Below, one piece after another: positions 1 through 12,293 of a stretch of 64,000 nt of DNA (position 1 is its first letter; every line of letters begins with the position of its first letter). Where the stretch lies: the NCBI GenBank assembly GCA_028534125.1, contig CM052817.1, forward strand, positions 47,556,001 to 47,620,000. Reading direction: 5' to 3'. The notes below the pieces were generated by a model, which made no database searches, was not told the DNA's origin, and saw only the letters and a list, made by a program, of their open reading frames with translations. Source of the stretch: Lama glama (Eukaryota). Both the position numbers and the translations under genes were made by a program.

Positions 1-1194
1 GTTAAACTTGTGGACATTGTTGCACAAACCTCAGACTTTGTTCATCCTTTTATCATCTTTTTCTTTTCTCTGTTCTTCAGACTGGATGATTTCTGTTACG
101 CTGTGTTCAGGTTCGCTGACTGTCATCTATAAGTCTCCAGTCTGTCACTGAGCCCACCAAGTCATGCTTTCATATTGGATGGTGCACTTTTGTCGTCTAG
201 AATTTCCACTTGGTTCTTTTTTGTAATTCCAATTCACTGCTGATATATCCATGTATTTTCACTCATTATGTCCAGCTTTCCCTCTGAGCCCTGGGTCTTC
301 ATGTTGTCTGTGTCTATGGGCTGCTTTTTTTTCCCTCTTGTTTATGGTTCACATTTTCCTTCCTCTTACACTGTTGTTATTGCACACTGAACATTATGGA
401 TGATAAGTTATAGGGTATTTGGTTTATGCCTTCCTTAAAAGCATTAGGTTTTATTCTGGCTGGCAGTTAAGTTATTGTCAGCTCCTCATGACCCTTTGAG
501 GCATAGTTTATTCTTTCTTAGGACTGGTTTCTTTCGGTTTTGTCCTTTTTCTTAATGCATGGCCTTTCTGGTGCCTCAAGTGAATCCCTGACGTGTGAGG
601 GAGGCCGTAAGAAGACTTAGTCCCTCGGCCCTGCCTGTCTTCATGTATCTCCGTCCTGCTCCCAGCCCTGCAGTGGCCACTCATTGGTAGATGGTGTGGT
701 GTCTTGGCCTGGGCTTGCACAGACCAGCCCTCAGTCTAAGACCCATGCAGCTTTCTGGGCCACCCTCTGTGAAGCCCCCTTCTGTTTTCAGTGCCCTGCC
801 CTGGAAGTTCCAAATCCTGCCCTCCTCCACCTCAGCTCAGTGGGGCTAATGTCTTGGTTTGGGCTCCTGCTCCCTGAGCCAGGGTCCAGACCTCACCCTG
901 TCAGGAAGCCAAGACCTGGCATGTTTGTCTTCTCTGAGGGACCATTGTCCTTTGCCATGTTATCCATTGTAAGAAAAAGAAAATTCCTTCAAACATTCTA
1001 TCCAGTTTTATTATTTTTAATATCAGAAAGTCACTTCTATTACTTCCTCATGGATGAAAGCAGAAGATATCAACTTGATTTGAAAAATATTGTTAGATTC
1101 AGTATATCAATATCATTGGATTGTCTATACAAATATTATATTAATATAAAATCAAATCATCCCACTCAATTCCAAGTCTTTTTTTCCCTTTGAA

Positions 1195-2310
1195 AATTGC
1201 TTGTCTCTGGTAAAGTGTCTGTTCAAATCTTTTGCCTATTGTTAAAGTTGGTTGCTTTTTCTTTTGAGTTTTCAGAGTTCTTTATATACACTCGGTATAA
1301 GTCCTCTGTGAAATGTGATCTTCAAGTATTTTCTTCTAGGCTGTAGTTTCTTTTCCTTCTCCTAGTGGTGTCTTTCACAGAAAAAATATTTTAACTTTAT
1401 TGAGGTCTCACTTATCAATTTTTTCCTTTCACGGATCAAGATTTTGGTATTATATAAGACTTTTTTTTGCCTAATCCAGGGTCAAAATATTTTCTTCTTT
1501 TATTTTTTTGGTAAGTTTCATAGTTTTACAGTTTATTTTCACCATTTTAAGTTTAAGAACCACTTTAAGTTAATTTTTATATATATTTGTATGCATTAAG
1601 TTCTTAGTTTTGCCTGTGGTTGTTTATATGATATATTGCTGCATAACAGATTACCTCAAACTTGGTGGCTGAATGCAAGCAACATTATAATCTCATCGGT
1701 CCTCTGAGTCAGGTGTCTGGGAGTAGCTGGAATGGCCAGTTCTGGCTCAGGGCATCTCATGGGGTTGCTCTCTGCTGTGGTGCAGTCCCCTCAGGGCTCC
1801 ACTGAGGAAAAACTGCTCATTTCCTAGCTCAGTCTCATGGCAGCTGAAAGGCCTTAGAAGATGGCTCCCAGGTGTCTCCAGGTGGTGGCTGGCAGGCCTC
1901 TGTTCCCTACTACAGTGGCCTCGCCATAGGCTGATTCAGTGTCCTTATTGGCACATGAAAACTGGCCTCCCAGAGTGAGTGATTCAAGGGACTGAGAAAG
2001 TGAGTGAGTACAACAGAAGGCAGTCCTTTTTAACTTCATCTTAGAGTGACATCCCTCCACGCCTGCTGCTGTTTGCTGGAAGCAAGCCACTGAGTCCAGC
2101 ACACACTGCAGGGGAGAAGAATCGCTCTCCACTTAGCGAACAGGGAAGTGTCAAAGGATTTGTAGACACATTTTTAAAGCCACCACAATGTCCAGTACCA
2201 CTTCTTGAAAAAACTGTCCTTTCTCCTTTAAATTGCCTCTTCATCTATGTCAAAAATTAATTGTCCAAATTTATGTGGGCTTATTTCTGGACTCTCATTC
2301 TGTTCCATAG
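1195..2310 (-). mobile_element. Old L1 ORF2 fragment interrupted by a MaLR (MLT1F-like) LTR at about 1625-2187
   Basis: Antisense L1 motifs (tgtctgttcaaatcttttgcc; tatttctggactctcattctgttccat) either side of an MLT1-type segment (tattgctgcataaca...tttttaaagccaccaca); family names from memory. Confidence 0.65.
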
Positions 2311-4098
2311 GTTAGACAATTTTACAGGAAAACGTACATTAACCAGACTCTTATAAAGGTTACTTTAAGTTTGAGTGACTGGCTCTCAGGAGCTCTGTTT
2401 TTCTGGTACGTCATTGCACTGCACGCTCTTCGGCGGCACGGGTGTCTGCCCTCAGCCCTGCTGCTTAACTGCCGGGACAGGACGCCTCAAGGCTGTGCCA
2501 GTGATAGTAGTGTGCCCCAGAGCCCCGTGGGCTGGAGATAGAAGGCAATGTGGAGCCGGGACAGGGGTTGTGGACAAGCAGTGCTCAGTTGCCATGACTT
2601 TTCTTTTCCTCTCTGAAAGACTGGAACCCCAGGCTTGGAGGCCCAGAGCACGGCGGTGAGGCCATCTGGGGCTGAAAGCTTAGGCATCTGGCCACGTATA
2701 AGGGCCAGCGTAGGGGTTGGTGCTTGATTTTTAATGCTGTTTTAAAAACAAGGACTCAGGGAAAAAAAGAGATAGCAGAATGCAAATAACTAGATCCTTC
2801 ACCTTAGCAGGTTTAGTATCACACAAAGCTGTTTCTGAAAGTTTAGTTTAAAATACTAATGAATTGCATGTGTTTCTCCCTTTGTGTAATTGATCTAGTC
2901 CTATAAAAGCTACATGAAAGTCAGTAAAAACTAGTTTTTAAAAAAGAGTGCTTTTCCCTAAAAAATTAAAAATTAAAAAAAGAAATGAGGATATATTTGC
3001 AAAGTTTATGATAAAAAGGATTAATATCCCTGTTTTATGGATTATTTTAGGAAAAAAAGATATGTATGCAATAAAAAAAAAGAGGACTGACATGCACATG
3101 CAGTGCAAAGTGGATAAAATACAAGTGACCAATAAACTTAGGAAAATTAAACTTCACTATTTATCAAATAACTAGCAGTTAAAACAACAATCTTTTGCCC
3201 ATTCAGTTAACAAAGATGAAAATGATATAATTTGTAGTGCAGAGTGGGAGCATTTTCATATACTTATTATGAAAGTAATAATTGTTCTACCTATTCTGAA
3301 GGGCCATTCACTGGTCTGTTGTAATAACTATGAAGAAGTGGTTTTACTCTTTAGCACACTAAGGAAAATTGGAAACTATCACAAAGGTGGGAATAAATTT
3401 TAATCAAAATGTAAGTGTTTATTTGTATGATTAAATGATGCACACTGTCTAGGATTAAACACTATGCTGACATTTAAAAATATGTTTTCAAAGAATATTC
3501 ACTCTCTTGGGAAATGACACACAGTGTGTATGACCCATTAAGTGAAATAAGCAAGGCCACAAAAACATGTATGTACACACAGACACACAGACACACACAA
3601 ATAGATAATAAGCAAATATCTTGAGAATATATCCCAAAACAATAAAAGTGACTTAGTTTTCTCTGGTTGAGTAGAATTATGGTTGATTTTTATTTTCTTT
3701 ATACTTTTCCATTTTGTATTTTCTGGATGAAACATTATCTTTGTTATCATAACAAAACAGTTTATTTTAAAGAGTAATTTTTAAATATACTAAGGAGATA
3801 TAGAACTTGAGGAAATCTGTGGTGAATCTTACTGTAAGGTTATTATTTTCATAGTACAAATTTTTTCTTACTCTTCAGTATATGTATTTTTTTGTTTTAT
3901 GGTCAAAATATTTTATATATTTGTACTGTTTTCTTAAACAGGGCATACTTGTATTATAGAAAGAAAAATAGACTATGTTTAGAAACTACTTGAAAGTCTT
4001 CCAGTTTTAATAAGATACATACTCTGAAATATTTGTAATTTTTCGTTCAAACGTAACCCTCTCTCCAGTGACTTACATGTCTGTTCCATGTGTGTCAG

Positions 4099-4264
4099 AT
4101 CATACCTCAGGAGAACGAGACCCGCTCTAGCCTGACGTATAAGTACATCATCCACGAGGACTCCGCACCTACCATCAACAGCAACAACGTCATCCAGGAG
4201 GAGTTAGATACTTTTGAGTGGGCGTTGAAGAGCTGGTCTCAGTGTTCCAAACCCTGTGGTGGAG
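4099..4264 (+). CDS. ADAMTS3: ADAMTS3 internal exon (human exon 18 equivalent): end of spacer and start of a C-terminal TSP1 repeat
   Basis: tgtcAG acceptor before 4099, G|GTAACA donor after 4264; 166 nt; reads [55 protein letters not shown](G), recognisably ADAMTS3; phase-1 end fits the next exon. Confidence 0.97.
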
Positions 4265-5429
4265 GTAACAGTTGAACACATTTGTGGTGTTAAAATGTAA
4301 TTCATATAAAAGCCAGTCTTCTTCCGTCTACCTTAAAGATTGTCTCTAATTGAGGCTACAGTCTGAGAAACACCGAGCATAACCAAAACATAAAGACAAA
4401 GCATTTTTACTGAACTCAGCATCTACAAGAGATATGAATCCATTCATAACAAAGGTAGACCTTCTTAAAACCCCCCTGCCCTTTCCCCTGGGGTTCTTTT
4501 GTCTCGTATTCCTGGAGTGGTACCCTTAAGCACTTTACTCTTCTCAAACTCTCCCAAATTCAGTATCTTTTGGTTCTGGCCTTTCTTCTCCAATTTCGCT
4601 TTCCATGCCTATGCATTTCTTCTCTGATAGTGTTAATAATAAAAAAGCTCTCAGTTGCACTATGTACCAGATACAGCTTTAAACATTTTATATATTAATG
4701 CATGAATACTCACAATGGCTCTATGAGGTCAGTACTATTATCTCTACCATACTGACGGGGAACTAAAGCACAGGGAAGGTGAATAATTTGTCCCAGCCAT
4801 AAGATACAGCAGCAGGCAGGTCATCTGGCTTCTAAGTCCATGCACTGACTGCATTCTGCTGCCTCTCTGCTCTCTCTGGAGTATATCCATTAGTTTTCCT
4901 CAGAGTTTCTCAGTTTCTCCCATCATCCATTTCTCTAGTTCAGAACAACAAAAGCTCCAGAATGGAGCTGGCCCAGAGAGGATTCTCTCACAATAATGAT
5001 ACTGAATAATTGACTACAAAAATTATTCATAGTAAGGAATGTCCAGGTAAATATTTCATGATTTTAAATTCAAAGATGTATTTCAAAAAAAATTTTTTCC
5101 TGGACGGGGCATCAAATATTTTCAGTTAATTTAAAATGACACTTTATTCATCATAAAATGCTTATTTAATTTGGATCCTCCCTTCTGCTGCATCGTCAAT
5201 CCACGTGATCACAAGACTTATCACATACACCTTTTCATACCTACCAGGTCTATTCCTCCCTCACCAGGCTCCCTTCACGACTTTGGCAGGGAAGATTACT
5301 GCAAAAGTCTCTTAACTAATCAATTAATTTTGATTTTCTTCTCTTATTTCCAGGATAGTCTTTCTTGAATGGATGGATGTATGGATGGATGAATGAATGA
5401 ATGAATAGAATTATATTGTTTCCCTAATT

Positions 5430-6050
5430 CAGATCCTTCAGTCTCCTAATGTGTTACCCTAAAGATGCAACATAATTTATGTCATATTCTTGCCCAAAGT
5501 GAAAACCTGAATCTAATCATTAGAAGACAATTAAATAAACCCATATTGTGGGATAGTTTACAGAACAACTGGCTTACATATCTCAAAAATATTAAAAGAC
5601 AGAAACTCAGACAGTGTTCCTGATTAATTCCATGACAACTAAGTGCAGCTCATGGTCTGTGATTGGAAAAACATTCTTATAAAGAACATTTTAGGGATAA
5701 TTGATAAATTTTGAATATGGTCTATATATTAGATAATGGTATTAAATTTGTGTTAAATATTCTGAATTTAAGATTATATCGTGGTTATCTAAGAGAATGT
5801 GCTTGTTATGAGCTATATGCTGAGGTATTTAGAAGTGAAGGATCAGAATGCCAGCAACTTACTCTCAAATAGTTCAGGGACATCTTATATAATGTGTATA
5901 TATTATCTATATTATATATTATAATTAATATATATCAAATATGGTGACATGGTAACACAAGGTTAATCTAGATGCAAGGCATACACATATTCATTGTGCT
6001 TTCCTTACAATGTTTTGTAGGTTAGAAATTTTTCAAAATTAAAACAGTAC
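5430..6050 (+). mobile_element. Ancient L1 (L1MC/ME-like) 3' end
   Basis: Motifs such as aacctgaatctaatcat, tgctgaggtatttagaagtgaag, gaaatttttcaaaattaaaa. Confidence 0.55.
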
Positions 6051-6730
6051 ATTTTTTTTCTTTTTTTTTTTAAACATCCAAGTCAGTGCTTGGGAAGACC
6101 TTCAATAACTCCCTATGACCTTCTGTATGAAATCCAAACAGTTGTCTGGCACTCAAGGCTTTTAAGATGGGATCCTTTCCCATTTCCTACCCTCTTCAGC
6201 CATTCAAAGAGCCCTGCAGTTTCTGTATGTCATTTCCTTTGCTTGGAGTATTGTTCTGCTTCATTCTCTTTGCCCAGTGCTACTTGAACTTGAAGGTTCT
6301 GCTCAGGGAAGTGCTGATCTTGTAAGCATTCTCTGGCCCTTCTCCAGCGAAGTTAGAGAGCGTCCCCTCTGTGCTCCTTTGGCGCCCTCTACAGTAAACT
6401 ATTCACATAGCTCTCTCGAAGCCCACGTCTCTGGATGTTGTCACCGCAGTTTTCATGTCTGTCTCTCACACTAGACTGTGCTTATCAGGGCCTAGTTCAT
6501 TCACAAGTACGCAGTTGATTTTTAATACTTCATAATATTTATTAGATGTAGATTAATAGGTAAGGATTTTTGTTTATTTATTTTGCTTCTGGAACTTCAG
6601 CACCTAGAACAGTGCCTGCCTGATTGTATGATTCAGTAAATATTTGATGAATGAATGAATGAGTGAATGATCAAATATGTAACAGAATGAATAAGTGATT
6701 AAATCAAAAGAAATGTATTTCCCTTCCCAG

Positions 6731-6863
6731 GTTTCCAGTACACTAAATACGGATGCCGGAGGAAAAGTGATAATAAAATGGTTCATCGCAGCTTCTGTGA
6801 GGCCAACAAAAAGCCGAAACCTATTAGAAGAATGTGCAATATTCAAGAGTGCACACACCCACT
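6731..6863 (+). CDS. ADAMTS3: ADAMTS3 exon (exon 19 equivalent): rest of TSP1 repeat
   Basis: tttcccttcccAG acceptor, CT|GTAAGT donor; 133 nt; reads (G)[43 protein letters not shown](L); the ORF track shows a different frame here. Confidence 0.97.
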
Positions 6864-7077
6864 GTAAGTGTTTATTTTAACTATCATATCCTAAGGACAA
6901 AATAAAAAGGATTTAAATGACTTTAGCTCTTTTTAGTTTTAATTTAATTTTTAGTCAAAACTTAAACATGTACCAGGTTTTACAATGCTCAGATCATTTC
7001 ATGGGAATTATATAAAGCTGTAGTCCTCTGTTTTTTTAACCACATTTCTGCTTTTCAAAAACAACTACTTTTAGTTC

Positions 7078-8120
7078 TTTTTTATTGAAATACAGTATTT
7101 ACAATATTGTGTTAGTTTTAGGTGTACAGCAAAGTGATTCAGTTACATATATATTTTTTCAGATTATTTTCTATTATAGGTTATTACGAGATATTAAATA
7201 GTTCCCTGTGCTATACAGTAAATCCTTTTCACTTATCTATTTTGTATGTAGTTTGTATCTGTTAATCCCAAACTCTTAATTTATTTCTCGTCCCCTCTTT
7301 TTTCTTGGTAACCGTAAGTTTGTTTTCTATGTCTGTGAGTCTGTTTGTTAATATATAGATTCATTTGTATTATTTTTATATTCCACATATAAGTGATATC
7401 ATATAATATTTGTCTTTCTCTATCTGACTTCCTTCACTTAGTATGATAATCTCTAGGTCCATACATGTTGCTACAAATGGCAATTTTTTTTATGACTGTG
7501 TATAAACATATATATACACCACATCTTAAGCTATTTGTCTGTTGATGAACATTTAGATTGTTTCCATGTCTTCAGTATTGTAAATGGTGCTACTATGAAT
7601 ATTAAGGGCATGTATCTTTTCCAATCAGAGTTTTCATCTTTACTGAATATATGCCCAAGTGTGGGATTGCTAGATCATATGATAACTCTATTTTTAGTTT
7701 CTTAAGGAACCTCCATACTGTTTTCCATAGTGGCTGCACTAATTTACATTTCCACAAACAGCGTCGGAGGGTTCCCTTTTCTCCACACCTTCTCTAGCAT
7801 TTATTATTTGTAGATGTTTTGATGATGGCCATTGTGACCAGTGTGAGGTGATACCTCATTGTAGTTTTAATTTGCATTTCTCTAATAATTAGCAATGTTG
7901 AGCATCTTATCATGTGTTTGTTGGTCATCTGTATGTCTTCTTTGGAGAGATGTCTATTTAGGTCTTCTGCCCATTTTCTGATTGGGTTGTTTGTTTTTTG
8001 ATACAGAGTTGTATGAGCTGTTTGTGTATTTTGGACATTAACTCCTTGTCAGTTGCCTTGTTGGCACATATTTTCTCCCATTCTGTAGGCTGTCTTTTTG
8101 CTTTGTTGATGGTTTCCTTG
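7078..8120 (-). mobile_element. 5'-truncated L1 (end of ORF2 plus 3'UTR)
   Basis: ORF 7958..8161 (-) gives [35 protein letters not shown], typical of the L1 ORF2 C-terminus; T-rich tail at the left end. Confidence 0.9.
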
Positions 8121-9617
8121 TTATTCTTCTTCTTTTGATAGTAACTACAGGCTTCCATCACTCTAAGTAAACTATTTTTGCTTCTACTTCTTGAATTTTT
8201 GTGGGGAGAAGTGAGGTGAAGCTTTAGATTTTATGTATATTGAATTTCCACCATGCAGAGTGAGGATTTAACATTCTTTATAGCTTTCTCCCAATACTTC
8301 CAATATTGATATAACCTCATTTGCTGATATTGCTATTTGGAGTTTGTATTATTTTAACAACATGTGTCTCTTTTAACAGTTGAGTCCCTTATCATGCTCT
8401 AATTCAGTTTCTTTTCTTTGAAAATTTGTTTCTTCTAGAGTAACTGAATGTCTTGATTTTTTAAGTCTTATTGTCTACTACTTTTCACTCATTCATCCCC
8501 ATGCCCACTTCCATGAGTATCAGTCTCTAAATTCTAAGCACTCGAGTATCCTGTGTCTTCTTAGAGACATCTCACAGCCAGTTCTCTGTGGCTCAGGTCT
8601 TGCCTGAACTCCTGCACATCCTCACCCTGGGGTTTCTTTTTACCGTCCTCCCAGGGATTCCCTACTGCACATCTCTTGTGTTGGAACTCCTGTTTTCTGC
8701 ATTCCTTTTGTAGGCTTTTACTGTATTCATTCATTCTGGCAGGTTGCATGTTTCAGTAACTTCATGAGAAAAGTATATATAAAGTAAAATTTTTGTATAA
8801 GAATAAAATTCCTATACACCGAAGAAAAGTACATAAGAGGTTAAAGTTAAGGGTATGTAAGAAATCTTTCTTCTAGTCTCACTTTTGATCATTTGAACAC
8901 ACACATATGGATACAACTCCAAACTATAATATATTTCCCCTCAGAATTTTTAGACTGTTGCTCTGTTATTTTCTAGACTCTAGTGTTGCTGTTGAAAAAT
9001 CGTTTGTCATTCTAATTTTCAATTTTCTATGTGACCTAACTTTTTTTGTCTTTCAAAGTTTGTGAGATCATTTTGTTCCTAGTATCCTGAAATTTCATAG
9101 TGACAAAATTGCCTTTGTATTTATTTTTTCTCGTCTATTGTGCTGTATACTTGTAGATTTTTTAAAACACAAAATCGATAGCTTTCACCTCTGGGAGATT
9201 TTCTTATGCCTTTTCCTTGACAAAGTTCCCCTGTGGTTTTCTTTCTTTTCAGTATTCTTTCTTTCTGGGAAATTTGAAGCTAGGCTTCCTAGACAGATCC
9301 AGTTTTCTTTTCTCTCCTAGGATTTGTTGTTCCTCTTGCTGAATTTTTCCATTTTTGCTCTTATGTCATTAATATCCAAGAGAGCTTTAACACCCAAGTG
9401 CTATTTTGTTCATCAAATGTTCCTTTTTCATGACATTTGATTCTTATTTCACGGATATGATATATTCTTATATCTTTCTAGGCTCTTAGAGATTATTTCC
9501 TTTTTTTGTGTATTATTTCTTCTGTTTCTTTTTTCCCCTCTTTCATCATTTGTATTAGAGACTTCTGTGCCTCGTGATCACTGATTGTCCACATGCATGT
9601 AAGAATGCAGCATTAAA

Positions 9618-9847
9618 CTGCTGTATGATACCTAGGAAAGTTAAGAGAGTAGACCCAGAGAGTTCTCATCACAAGGAGAATTCTTCTTTTCTTTTCTTTT
9701 TATTGTGTCTATATGAGATGATGGATGTTAACTAAACTGTCGTGGTAATCATTTCACAATATATGTAAATCAAGCCATCATGCTGTGCACTTTCAGTGTA
9801 TACAATGATGTATATCAGTTATTTCTCAATAAGACTGCGAGTGGGGG
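9618..9847 (+). mobile_element. Short L1 3'-end stub with a perfect 17-bp TSD, nested in older L1-like sequence
   Basis: aagaatgcagcattaaa at 9601-9617 and 9848-9864; internal agttctcatcacaagg...aatcatttcacaatatat...tatttctcaataa is L1 3'UTR-like. Confidence 0.8.
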
Positions 9848-10359
9848 AAGAATGCAGCATTAAAAGGCTGATTGGAAGCTTCCTTATGCCCCATACTTGT
9901 TTGCTGGTTGGCTCCACTGTGGGGTGAACCTACTGGGCTATGTCATTGAAAGACCCTCAATTATTTGTACATTTAGGGATTTTCTAATGACATGATCAGA
10001 TTCCATAGAACAGAATCGATCTCCTACCTGGGGTGCAAGCCTGTCTAGTAGCTGTGGTAGAAGCTGTGTGTGTAGAGGCATCTGGGGTCACCTCGCCACT
10101 CCACGTGTGGGCTTTTACACAACCCCTTGTTTTCTCTGTGGGCTTTTTCTCTCTTGACTGTGTCTGTTGTCCGTCAGTTAAAAGACTGCTTCACTTTCTA
10201 CAGAGGATAACTCTCCTGTCTTCTTCTAGGTCAGAGGAGGGGTAGTGACCCAACAGGGCTAAGGAGATCGGGGAGAACAGGGAACAGGAGACCTAACTCC
10301 TTGCAAATAGAATTCCCACCAGTGCCTCTGCTTTCAGCTTTGCCTTCATCCCCATTTTC

Positions 10360-10714
10360 TTTCTTTCTTTCTTTCTTTTTTTTTTTTTGATTTAAAGTAT
10401 TTTATTTTCTTTCTCCATGTAGGAAGACTATAAAGTTAGAAAATTTTACCAAAGTTTAATAATATAATAATCCTTGATTCTTTAAAACAGCCACCAGCTT
10501 TTTAGCTCTGGATACACGGTTACACAACCCTGTGGGACTGATTCAACCAGAACTATCATTCTTTCTCAGGAAAGCACAGAGACAATCTTTTTCAAGAGGC
10601 CTTGCATTCCATCTCCACAGACTGAAAAAATCCTGTTACAAGACAGAAGCCAGCTAAGGGCAAGAAGATCAGGCTGCGATCAGCCTACTCACTGCCTGGG
10701 GCACACAGGGCTCC
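10360..10714 (-). pseudogene. Retroposed poly(A)-tailed fragment of unidentified origin (processed 3'UTR or orphan L1 transduction)
   Basis: 13-bp TSD catccccattttc (10347-10359, 10715-10727); T/TTTC tract 10360-10388; minus-strand AATAAA at 10401-10406, 12 nt from the tail. Confidence 0.75.
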
Positions 10715-12085
10715 CATCCCCATTTTCACAGCCACACTTCCACCTCTGGCCACTAACACCCGTACATTTCTAAGGTCCTGCAGTCACATCCCTTTGATTC
10801 TCAGCTTATACTGCCGACTTCACTTTATCCTTCTTAGGTCTGCTGAGTTAGTCGCCATATATCCAACTGCTCTCTAGGTTCCAAAATGGTCTTTTGACGG
10901 CTTCTTCTTCAGTTTTTGGGGGTTTTTTTGCCTTTTTTGGTGTATACCATTTTGTTTAGTTTTTATTTGTCATTCTGGGAATTTCAGGAGAGAATAAAGA
11001 TAGTCAAAATTATCTATGACAGTGAAGAATATACTTCTCATGTAATGCCTGTCTTCAAATGAGTCACTATCGAGAGCTTCAAAATTGAGTAAAATTTCTT
11101 AGTTGCCACAATCCATTCGCTGCCAGTTTGACAAGCTAAGGCGGTGTTAAACTCTGAATAGCAAAGACTGCCAAGGTTTTCGCCTGTTTATATTTTTCTG
11201 CTCCATATATACAGAAAGAAAAAAATTGCAGAGGGAAAGTAACTTTGGAAAAGACAAACAGTTTGCCTCCATTAAATATTGACAGACTGATTACGGTGAC
11301 AGCCCTTTGGGACATCCATAGTGAGAGCTGTCTGTGATGTTGTAGCCACAGCTAATCTGGAGACTGCTAGGGGGACTGACATTGACACTGGGATTTGGAA
11401 CTGTCCCTTGGGAATTTTTTTTTTTAGTATCTCTTTGGAAATATTTCTATCAGGTGCATTCATAGTAGCAGTTTCTGCTCAGGCCTGGATGCACACGACC
11501 TTTATACCTTTTAGTCAGGCCCAGTAAGGGCCAATATGAATAACTGAATTTTCCAAACAGGGTGGATATGCCAGGTAGCCTTCAAAGCAACAACTCTAGA
11601 GGGGGAACGGTAATTGCAGTCAGAATGTTAAAACACGAGTAAACTCGTGAGGTCATGAAAAAGCAGCAGCAGCCGCCAAATCAGCCTGTGGTAGCAGGCG
11701 TCAGATGGATCCCTTTTTCTTAATTTCCTTTCGGATATTTAACACCACGATGTAATACAGCTGAGAATGAGTTGGTGCTATTTTTGAAAACCATCATCAT
11801 GCCTGAATCTAACGGGACAACCTTAAGATGAGTTTCAGAAATCCTCTGTAGATGATCCTTTAGGGAAGAAAAGAAGGTTTCAGAGTCACTGGGAAGCAGA
11901 AAAATATTAAGGCATGAAAAATAAAGGTGTCAGAAAATTCGAAGACTTTTTGCTTGATGCATCCATCTTTCTGAAACCGCCCCAGGAACTGCAGTTCGCC
12001 CCCCTGGGAGGCACGTCACTCAGAGCAGAAAAGGCTAGGCTTGCGGGGCAGGATGTTCACTCTTAACCACCCCCTCCACCCTCAG

Positions 12086-12293
12086 CTGGGCCGCGGAGGC
12101 GTGGGAGCACTGCACCAAAACCTGCGGCAGTTCCGGCTACCAGCTCCGGACCGTGCGCTGCCTCCAGCCGCTCCACGACGGCACCAACCGCTCTGTGCAC
12201 AGCAAGTACTGTGTCGGGGACCGTCCCGAGAGCCGCCGGCCGTGTAACAGAGTGCCCTGCCCGGCCCAGTGGAAAACAGGGCCCTGGAACGAG
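12086..12293 (+). CDS. ADAMTS3: ADAMTS3 exon (exon 20 equivalent): TSP1 repeat and start of the next
   Basis: ccaccctcAG acceptor, GAG|GTGGGT donor; 208 nt; reads (L)WAAEAWEHCTKTCGSSGYQLRTVRCLQPLHDGTNRSVHSKYCVGDRPESRRPCNRVPCPAQWKTGPWNE. Confidence 0.97.

Noticed and set aside
684..1193. 169-aa ORF
   Set aside because: Intronic, mostly in degenerate L1-like sequence, no recognisable domain
7958..8161. Protein-like ORF
   Set aside because: Broken L1 ORF2 remnant, not a host gene
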